A stretch of 45,595 nt of DNA from NCBI RefSeq assembly GCF_001194135.2, contig NC_068992.1, positions 46,288,955 through 46,334,549 of the forward strand, in the 5' to 3' direction. Position numbers and translations under genes: made by a program. How positions within the stretch are numbered: position 1 is the stretch's first letter; the number at the start of each line of letters is the position of its first letter. The notes beneath the pieces were generated by a model. That model was not told the DNA's origin. It saw nothing but the letters and a program-made list of their open reading frames with translations, and did not search any database. The DNA is from Octopus bimaculoides. Lineage: Eukaryota. Of this stretch, positions 36,450-45,595 are shown piece by piece.

Positions 36450-36736
36450 GCAAGAAACATGACTGAGAAATATAACTAACTTTTAGTTCAGTAAACTTTT
36501 ATTTTAGTGTACAATAAATAGTAAATTAGTACAAAATGTAATTTTAATGTATTTTTACTAAAATGTGGCGTTGATGGTTTTAACGCATCTCTCCAACATC
36601 TCAGCCAAATCGCAAGTGTCATTTTGAGTCGGTGTGACATGTACCTCCTATCTGCGTCTTCGGACTTACACTAAATTCTTTTCCGATTCTGGTGAGCATT
36701 AGAATAGCACTGACGCATAGAGTGTTAATTTAACGT

Positions 36737-36950
36737 GGAGGTGAGTGGTTTAGTTGTTAAGGTGATACACTCATGATTATAAGATAGTGGTTTCGGTTCC
36801 TGTACCGGACGATGCGTTGTCCTTTTGAGCAAAATACTTCATTTCACGCTTCTCATATCCAATCAGCTTGTTAAGATGAGTAATCATGCGACGGTCCGGG
36901 GTTCCGTCCAGTGGGTATTATATAAGCAACGGGATCTGAGAAATTGGCCT
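36737..36950 (+). mobile_element. tRNA-derived SINE, family D (diverged; CORE-like motif)
   Basis: GGAGGTGAGTGGTTTAGTTGTTAAGG (A-box)..GGTTTCGGTTCC (B-box)..TTGTCCTTTTGAGCAAAATACTTCATTTCAC (cf. GTGTCCTTGAGCAAG.CACTT). Confidence 0.72.
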
Positions 36951-37365
36951 GATGAACTTATAACCCGAGAAGGATCTTTGACCCTTTTGATTTTATTTAT
37001 TTAATTTTTTTTTTCACTTTAGCATATCAAACATACAAATACAATTCTGCCTTTTAGAATTTAAAAATGGCATACATGAAAGGGGCGAATAATTTTGAAG
37101 CTTATAATAAATTTAGTTATTATTTTCAGAAATATAATTACGACAGTAATGTAAAAATATGGTTTCTTCTTAACAGGTTTATGCGTTTCATTTAATGAAT
37201 GTTATCAATAACAATAATGTTTTAGCTATAATAGTTTTAAATAAATAGATTGTTCTGGTATGCGATTGAAACGAAAGTAAAATTTGACGTCAGATAATGA
37301 AAGAAACAACAAAATGGATTCAGTTTCTGCATATATACAATTCGAATGTGCGTAAGACAAGTTTT

Positions 37366-37423
<58 letters not shown>

Positions 37424-39854
37424 NNNNNNNNNNNNNNNNNNNNNNNNNNNNNNNNNNNNNNNNNNNNNNNNNNNNNNNNNNNNNNNNNNNNNNNNNNNNN
37501 NNNNNNNNNNNNNNNNNNNNNNNNNNNNNNNNNNNNNNNNNNNNNNNNNNNNNNNNNNNNNNNNNNNNNNNNNNNNNNNNNNNNNNNNNNNNNNNNNNNN
37601 NNNNNNNNNNNNNNNNNNNNNNNNNNNNNNNNNNNNNNNNNNNNNNNNNNNNNNNNNNNNNNNNNNNNNNNNNNNNNNNNNNNNNNNNNNNNNNNNNNNN
37701 NNNNNNNNNNNNNNNNNNNNNNNNNNNNNNNNNNNNNNNNNNNNNNNNNNNNNNNNNNNNNATATATATATATATATATATAATTCGTATTCATTTTTAT
37801 GTATAATATGCATTGTTTCTATGTGAGAATGTATGCAAATTTTTGCTTCTACAGCGCCTGTAATGTATAAATAAATAAAGTTGGATATATATTATTTATT
37901 TAATGACCAATTATATTTTTGTCTATAAGACATTTTCCACATTCAATATGGAAATCATCTTTTTCTGAATATGTTGTATATAATATTATATACAAAAGGT
38001 GAGTATAGTGAATCGTTTACGTTTTCATTTTATATATGATATATTAATGCCCTCTTTTTACGTGCGATTAAAGCAAAAGTATAATTTGAAGATAAATAAA
38101 TTTTTTAGATGTTGAAACAGAAATAACGACTCATATGTACGTACACACACATGCAGACATATACATGTAGCGAAAATAGGTTTTGGTACATATGTTTCCA
38201 TAAATGAATATTGTTAAAACATAATATAATTTGGCATGCAACAATATGGAAGATAATATAGCATCTAAGATCATGCTTTCAAAGAATGCCACGCCACTAC
38301 TTCAGGTGATACCCCACTGGATGTTTTATAGGTGGTTTGCCCCCGAAGGAAGTATAGTATCATATGTATGTGTGTGTTCATGCATGTGCGTAAGTTTGTA
38401 CGAGTGTGTGTGAAAAATGTATTATTACAATCACCACTGAGCCGTGTCGTAGCAAGCACAGCTGAACAGTATTGGATACAAGCCAGAGTTTGAATATATA
38501 TATATATATATATATATANNNNNNNNNNNNNNNNNNNNNNNNNNNNNNNNNNNNNNNNNNNNNNNNNNNNNNNNNNNNNNNNNNNNNNNNNNNNNNNNNN
38601 NNNNNNNNNNNNNNNNNNNNNNNNNNNNNNNNNNNNNNNNNNNNNNNNNNNNNNNNNNNNNNNNNNNNNNNNNNNNNNNNNNNNNNNNNNNNNNNNNNNN
38701 NNNNNNNNNNNNNNNNNNNNNNNNNNNNNNNNNNNNNNNNNNNNNNNNNNNNNNNNNNNNNNNNNNNNNNNNNNNNNNNNNNNNNNNNNNNNNNNNNNNN
38801 NNNNNNNNNNNNNNNNNNNNNNNNNNNNNNNNNNNNNNNNNNNNNNNNNNNNNNNNNNNNNNNNNNNNNNNNNNNNNNNNNNNNNNNNNNNNNNNNNNNN
38901 NNNNNNNNNNNNNNNNNNNNNNNNNNNNNNNNNNNNNNNNNNNNNNNNNNNNNNNNNNNNNNNNNNNNNNNNNNNNNNNNNNNNNNNNNNNNNNNNNNNN
39001 NNNNNNNNNNNNNNNNNNNNNNNNNNNNNNNNNNNNNNNNNNNNNNNNNNNNNNNNNNNNNNNNNNNNNNNNNNNNNNNNNNNNNNNNNNNNNNNNNNNN
39101 NNNNNNNNNNNNNNNNNNNNNNNNNNNNNNNNNNNNNNNNNNNNNNNNNNNNNNNNNNNNNNNNNNNNNNNNNNNNNNNNNNNNNNNNNNNNNNNNNNNN
39201 NNNNNNNNNNNNNNNNNNNNNNNNNNNNNNNNNNNNNNNNNNNNNNNNNNNNNNNNNNNNNNNNNNNNNNNNNNNNNNNNNNNNNNNNNNNNNNNNNNNN
39301 NNNNNNNNNNNNNNNNNNNNNNNNNNNNNNNNNNNNNNNNNNNNNNNNNNNNNNNNNNNNNNNNNNNNNNNNNNNNNNNNNNNNNNNNNNNNNNNNNNNN
39401 NNNNNNNNNNNNNNNNNNNNNNNNNNNNNNNNNNNNNNNNNNNNNNNNNNNNNNNNNNNNNNNNNNNNNNNNNNNNNNNNNNNNNNNNNNNNNNNNNNNN
39501 NNNNNNNNNNNNNNAAAGTTTTTCCACATTTTTACTATTTTACAACTTTCGATTTTTTAAATAAATGTTTAGAAGTTATTAAATGTTTTAAAATTATTTC
39601 ACTTTTATTTATTTCGATCTTTCTTATAAATTTTTCAAGTTATTTCACCAATCTTTTTAGTCTCGTTTACATATTTCCTTATTTTCTAAGTTCCACTTTT
39701 TTTTCTTCTTTAAAGTTAGCAAATGATACACTGGGCAATGTCATCTAATATTAGGGGGGGGGGGAATGAAATAATATACATATTTTACATAAACAAGCAG
39801 AAAACTACCCCGAGGGTGGTATGTTTGCCAGAATGAATGAATGAATAATAAAAA

Positions 39855-39891
39855 TAGTAGTAGTAGTAGTAGTAGCAGTAGTAGCAGCAGC

Positions 39892-39939
<48 letters not shown>
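39855..39939. repeat. (TAG)n/(CAG)n microsatellite
   Basis: Directly visible. Confidence 0.95.
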
Positions 39940-40020
39940 TCTAGCTCTCAATGGCAAATACCGAAAGAGAGCTCATCATGGTAATGTTGGTTAAACCCTG
40001 ACTCCTCAACGATTGCAACG

Positions 40021-40335
40021 GTTGCAAATAGGCCAGACGTTATACTGAAGGATTTCAGACAAACATCATGCTATGTCATTGATATAACTGTCCCAATCAA
40101 TATAAATGTATCTGTCAAGACATACCAAAACCTGAGCCAATATAAAGATCTCGGAATAGGGATTGATAAAATGTGGAACCTGAAGACTAGAATAATACCT
40201 GTTGTCATAGGCGCTCCAGGGATGTTAGCAAAAGGTTCCTTATCTCAAATACTAGGAAATTCAAAAATGGAAGAAGTTCAGAAAAGAGTGCTATTGAAAA
40301 CTGCTATTCTCTTAAGAAAAACATTGCTTGAATGA
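40021..40335 (+). mobile_element. 3'-terminal RLE endonuclease fragment of an R4/Dong-type LINE
   Basis: A 104-codon stop-free frame: VANRPDVILKDFRQTSCYVIDITVP..QYKDLGIGIDKMWNLKTRIIPVVIGAPGM..EVQKRVLLKTAILLRKTLLE*. Confidence 0.88.
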
Positions 40336-41174
40336 AATTACTGTATTTCTAGTGCTTATTTTATCCGTCCCAACCTTTTTATTTATTTATTTATTTCATT
40401 GATGAAGAATGAAACAGAAGCGTCAGCTCATATTCCGAACACCATTTCAGTACAGAAACTACAAACAGTTGCAATATAAACACTGTACAGTGATTCTGGT
40501 CTCCCTCATTATGCCACTGGTATTTAATCATCTAGCTCCTCCTTATCTACACTTACCAGAAAGATGATAAATCTGAAAATACATCTTCCGATTGAAACGT
40601 TGAAACTTATATATATATATATATACCGAACTGTGTCATCTGGTTCGGTGCTCGTGTTACAAGATATTATCGCTTTCCCCTTCCCAGTAATTGTAAAAGA
40701 ATATAATATTGTTTACGGTATTTCTTCGTAATAATTATTTCTAAGAGAATGGTAATTTTATGTTTGAAAAATTCAATTGTGTATTTGATAAATCGATATA
40801 ATTGTGATGGAGAAATAAATGTCTTCGAAAGAACTCTGATTTTTGCGGTGGGGGATGTCTTTCAGAATTGTCTAGTGTAACAGAGATTGTGTATCGAAGG
40901 GTATAGGCTATGACAGAGGTATGTATGCGTGTGTGTGTGTGTGTGTGTGTGCGTGTGTGTGTGAGTGTGTGTGTGTGNNNNNNNNNNNNNNNNNNNNNNN
41001 NNNNNNNNNNNNNNNNNNNNNNNNNNNNNNNNNNNNNNNNNNNNNNNNNNNNNNNNNNNNNNNNNNNNNNNNNNNNNNNNNNNNNNNNNNNNNNNNNNNN
41101 NNNNNNNNNNNNNNNNNNNNNNNNNNNNNNNNNNNNNNNNNNNNNNNNNNNNNNNNNNNNNNNNNNNNNNNNNN

Positions 41175-41205
<31 letters not shown>

Positions 41206-41389
41206 TGCGTGTTTGTTTGCTTGTGTGTGTGTGTGTGTTTGTTTGTTTGTGTGTGTCTGTGTGTGTGTGTGTGTGTGCGTGTGTGTGCGTGTGTGTGTGT
41301 GTGTGCACGCGCCAGGGGTGAAAATGGAGATTGAATGTAGGAAAGAATGGGAGAATGGGATAATCATTGTAAGAAATAGAAAGTAAGAG

Positions 41390-42232
41390 AGAATCAGAGG
41401 AAGGCGAAGAAACGGACGAAGAGGGAGTGAAAAGAGGAGAGAGGAAATCAAGGTAAGAGACTGAAAGGGCAAGAGGAACTGTGTGTGTATGTGTGTGGGT
41501 GCATATGTAATAGTGAGGGAGAGAAATATAGTGAAAGATATAGAGGATAAGATTAAGATAGGACACGCGGGTGGCAAAGAAAGAGAAATAGAAAATAGAT
41601 AGACAGACAGAGAGGGGGAGAGAGTGAGATAGAAATGGATGATAAAATGATAGAGTGGTAGAGTTATGAGAGAAGTAGAGAGAGGAAAATAGTAAGAAAT
41701 AGTATAAAGAAATAGTATAAAGTGAGGCAATGATATCTATGTAGATAGTGGTAGATAGTGATAGTAGAGATAGAAAGGGAGAAAAAGAGAAAGAAGAAGA
41801 GAGAGAGAGAGAGAGAGAGAGAAACATACTGTCAGGTAAAAATAGAATAGAAAAGGAGAAACTAAAAAAATAAGCAAAAATGAGAGAGAGAATGAAAGAG
41901 AGAAAAGAAAGAAAGAGAGTAGGTGGAAGAGAGCAAGATCACAAATGATAAAAGAAGAGAGAGTAAGTAAAGCAGATGAGAGAGTAAGCAAAATAGAAAG
42001 AGAGAGAGAGAGACTACGAAAGAGACCCACAGAGAGACAGACAGAGATGGAGGTGGAAAGTTAGCAAGAGAAAGCAGGGAGTATGCAAAAGAATGAGAGC
42101 GAGGGGGGGAGTAAGCAAAGTAGAGAGAACGTGAAAGAGAGAGAGAGGGAGGGAGATCATAAAAAGGAGTAAGAGGGAGTAAAATTTAGAGAGGAGGAGG
42201 GAAAGTCCAAGTAAAGGAAAGTGTGAATGAGG

Positions 42233-42269
<37 letters not shown>

Positions 42270-42280
42270 GAGAGAGAGAT
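41390..42280. repeat. Purine-rich (AG-type) low-complexity tract
   Basis: Directly visible strand-biased A/G tract with (AG)n runs. Confidence 0.9.
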
Positions 42281-42699
42281 TTTGCTAGAAATATGAATCT
42301 AAAAATAATTATTCAACAATGTATTGATTTAATTATATTTCAAATGTTAACTAAATTTCTATATTTATTTATTAATTAATTCTTATTGCTATCCTCACTG
42401 TTATTACTATTCGTAGTAGTGATATTATTACCATCATTTTTGTTATTGTTGTTGTTGTTTCATGAAATACTTTTCGTTTTTCTTTTTTTTTCTTTTGCTT
42501 ATTTCTAAGAATTTGTCTAAGTTAGATGTGAATATTCAATTCTTCTCTATCAATACAGATTTTGCTAGAATCACCGAACAAGAATGCAACGGAGAAAAAT
42601 GGATTGAAAAGTTATTTAGTAAATAATGATAACGAGCTAATTTTTGTTGTTGCTGTTGGTGATAATGGTGTCGGTGTGGATGGCGGTGATGCAGCGAAT

Positions 42700-42978
42700 G
42701 TTGCCAGTGGTGGTGGTGATGATGATGATGATGATCATGATCATGATCATGATGATCATCATGGTGTTAAGACTGTTGTTCTTGGTGATGGGAGCGGTGG
42801 TTCTTCTTCTTCTTCTTCATCTTTTCTTCTTCTTCTTCTTCTTCTTCTTCTTCTTCTTCTTCTTCTTCTTCTTCTTCTTCTCTTCTTCTTTTCTTCTTCT
42901 TCTTCTTCTTCTTCTTCTTCTTCTTCTTCTTCTCTTCTTATTTTCTTCTTCTTCTTCTTCTTCTTCTTCTCTTCTTCT

Positions 42979-43011
<33 letters not shown>

Positions 43012-43200
43012 CTCCTTCTCCTTCTCTTCCTCCTTCTCCTCCGTCTCCTCCTTCCCCTCCTTCTGCTCCTCCTCCTTCTCCTTCTTACTTCACGGTCGTG
43101 GTGGTGGTGGTGCTCGTGTTACTGGTGATGGTAGGGATGAGGATCGTGATGGTCTTATGTTTTAGTGGTGGTGGTGGTGGTGGTGGTGGTGGTGGTGACG
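42700..43200. repeat. Compound (GAT)n/(TTC)n/(CTC)n/(GGT)n microsatellite block
   Basis: Directly visible. It explains the ORFs at 42562-43128 and 42644-43165. Confidence 0.93.
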
Positions 43201-44756
43201 ACGGTGGTGGTTCTGTTGTTGATTTTATAATGGTAGCAATAGTGGCGGTGGTGGTGACGTTGTTTTTGTTGATGGCGGTGATGTGAATAGTGGCGGTGGT
43301 GGTTGCGGTGGTTTTTGGTAATAGTGTTGCTGCCGCTGTTGTTATTGTTTCTGTAGGAGTATTGATCTATCAAATGTTAAACTACAGGCAATTATGCTAA
43401 AAATAATTTTTTGTTGACTCCCACCACCACCACCACCTTTCACCATCACCATCACCACCACCTTTCACCATCACCACCACCACCTGCACCACCAACACCA
43501 CCACCACCTCTTACATACCCAGGCAAATATTTCAGAGAACCATGTAGGTGAATGTGTGCATACACACGCACTCATACACACGCGCACACACACACACACG
43601 TACACACACATCTGCGTGCATTTATGAGTGTGTGTATGTGCACGTGTATACGTATAGTTATACGTGTATATACATACACGTTTACACACAAATATACACG
43701 CTCACACACAAACCCACGCACACATATAAATAAGTTTTGTATTATATCTTCCAAAAATTTGTAAATATCATTTGATCAATATAAGAATATAAGTCGATTT
43801 ATGTTGTAGATGTTATTATTGTAATCAATGTATTTATTATTGTTGCATTCTTCCTTATTGTAGTAATTGTTGATGTTATTATTATTGTTGCTGTTGTTGC
43901 AGCTATTCTCGTTGTTCTTACATTGATGTTGTTGTCTTTTATCTCAAGGTGACATATTGTTTCCTGAAGAGCTGGTTTCTTCATTACCATTGTACGCTAC
44001 TAATTATATTTCCCATTCATTATTTAGTGCTTTAATAAACAAGTAGAAGAACTTCGGTGGTTCTCATGTAGTCTCTTCATAGAACATTGACAGTTCATTT
44101 GCAGAACAACACGCATTTTTCCGCGTGCTGTTGTCTTCCTCTGTGATCTGAGTTCGATGCTGTACTATTGGTCGGTGTTGACCAACTGGCATATATCTAC
44201 ATATATATATCCAAGAGAGTTAGGGGTTAAAGATCCAACCTACTANNNNNNNNNNNNNNNNNNNNNNNNNNNNNNNNNNNNNNNNNNNNNNNNNNNNNNN
44301 NNNNNNNNNNNNNNNNNNNNNNNNNNNNNNNNNNNNNNNNNNNNNNNNNNNNNNNNNNNNNNNNNNNNNNNNNNNNNNNNNNNNNNNNNNNNNNNNNNNN
44401 NNNNNNNNNNNNNNNNNNNNNNNNNNNNNNNNNNNNNNNNNNNNNNNNNNNNNNNNNNNNNNNNNNNNNNNNNNNNNNNNNNNNNNNNNNNNNNNNNNNN
44501 NNNNNNNNNNNNNNNNNNNNNNNNNNNNNNNNNNNNNNNNNNNNNNNNNNNNNNNNNNNNNNNNNNNNNNNNNNNNNNNNNNNNNNNNNNNNNNNNNNNN
44601 NNNNNNNNNNNNNNNNNNNNNNNNNNNNNNNNNNNNNNNNNNNNNNNNNNNNNNNNNNNNNNNNNNNNNNNNNNNNNNNNNNNNNNNNNNNNNNNNNNNN
44701 NNNNNNNNNNNNNNNNNNNNNNNNNNNNNNNNNNNNNNNNNNNNNNNNNNNNNNNN

Positions 44757-44788
<32 letters not shown>

Positions 44789-45434
44789 ATACATATTTAC
44801 ATATACACACATACGTATATATACGTATATACAAATATATGTTTGCGTGTGTATATGTGTAGATATAAATATATATTCCGAAAAGAAATATATATATTTA
44901 CGCACATACATACATACATTGACAGTTAAGTAAGATATCTAGAGAGAAAGAACGATATTGTGTAAGTTAGAAAGAGTGATAGACATAAACATTCACACAA
45001 CCATACGTTTGCGCTCACATTGTATTGTCAGCATTAGTAAAAATCACTACATCCTTTGAATTCAGCCTTATTCTCCCTGTAAAGACAACCAGACATTGAT
45101 TAATGACTTCCTAAGACATATTAGCTGCCGCCACCATATAAAAATTTTCAGGTCAAGATCTACTTTTCCTCTACTGATAACTACAATTAAATAAATTATA
45201 TTGAATTTTAAATAACCCAAGACGAAACACCAGTAGACATATTGAACGAAACTAAATATAAATATGTGAAAAACAGATGTCTGTAGACCATCATCTCTTG
45301 TGCTAAACAAATGGAAATTTAAGATTAGTTCAAATCACGTTGTTGAAAACAGACTGAGATAAGTACCTGTTTCTCCCCCGCTCCAGCTTCGTCAGAGGGA
45401 TATTCAAAGAAAAGGGCGTGTGAGTAACGAACTG

Positions 45435-45562
45435 TGATTGTGTGGTATTTGCTCCCCGCCCCCAACCATATGGTTCCGGGTTCAGTCCCACTGCGTGGCA
45501 CATTGAGCAAGTGTCTTCTACCATAGCTTCAGGCAGACGTAAACTGAAAGAAGTCCGTCGTA
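45435..45562 (+). mobile_element. tRNA-derived SINE, family B (5' part with an internal deletion)
   Basis: CCAACCATATGGTTCCGGGTTCAGTCCCACTGCGTGGCACATTGAGCAAGTGTCTTCTAC..GGCAGACGTAAACTGAAAGAAGTCCGTCG, collinear with the reverse complement of 26870-27000. Confidence 0.88.
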
Positions 45563-45595
45563 TGTAAATATAAATATATGTATATATATATATAT

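Noticed and set aside
40573-40606. CTGAAAA...ATC-TTCC-GAT-T-GAAACGTT, a Penelope/hammerhead-like fragment
   Set aside because: Core G8 is absent and the stem II junctions and stem I are not supported.
45363-45400. Minus-strand CTGACGA...GAAACAGGTA hammerhead-like core
   Set aside because: Stem II does not close next to GAAA and stem I cannot pair. At best it is a heavily decayed relic.

Overview
This is AT-rich, microsatellite-dense eukaryotic genomic DNA with about 3.8 kb of assembly gaps: 6831-6962, 10497-11123, 22666-22954, 25593-25990, 27252-27261, 30251-30260, 32566-32843, 37424-37760, 38519-39514, 40978-41173 and 44246-44757. The SINE families and repeat style point to an octopod cephalopod, probably Octopus (inference from recalled sequence, not a database search). 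I found no confidently recognisable host gene, tRNA, rRNA or CRISPR array. Nearly all ORFs in the supplied track are microsatellite or N-gap artefacts. The window reads as intergenic or intronic DNA full of decayed transposons: an internally deleted Dong/R4-type (RLE) LINE plus two further R4-type fragments, RTE and Jockey/CR1-group LINE remnants, a Gypsy pol remnant, a hAT transposase remnant, hAT-type MITE ends and about five distinct tRNA-derived SINE families. The most interesting signal is two minimal type I hammerhead-ribozyme motifs of the Penelope-like kind. One (30383-30428) lies in the tail of an element with a tRNA/Pol III B-box head, suggesting a SINE-hammerhead chimera. The other (10364-10422, minus strand) has an extended stem II. 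Each appears to be one substitution away from a canonical core. All protein-motif assignments come from manual translation and recalled family motifs.
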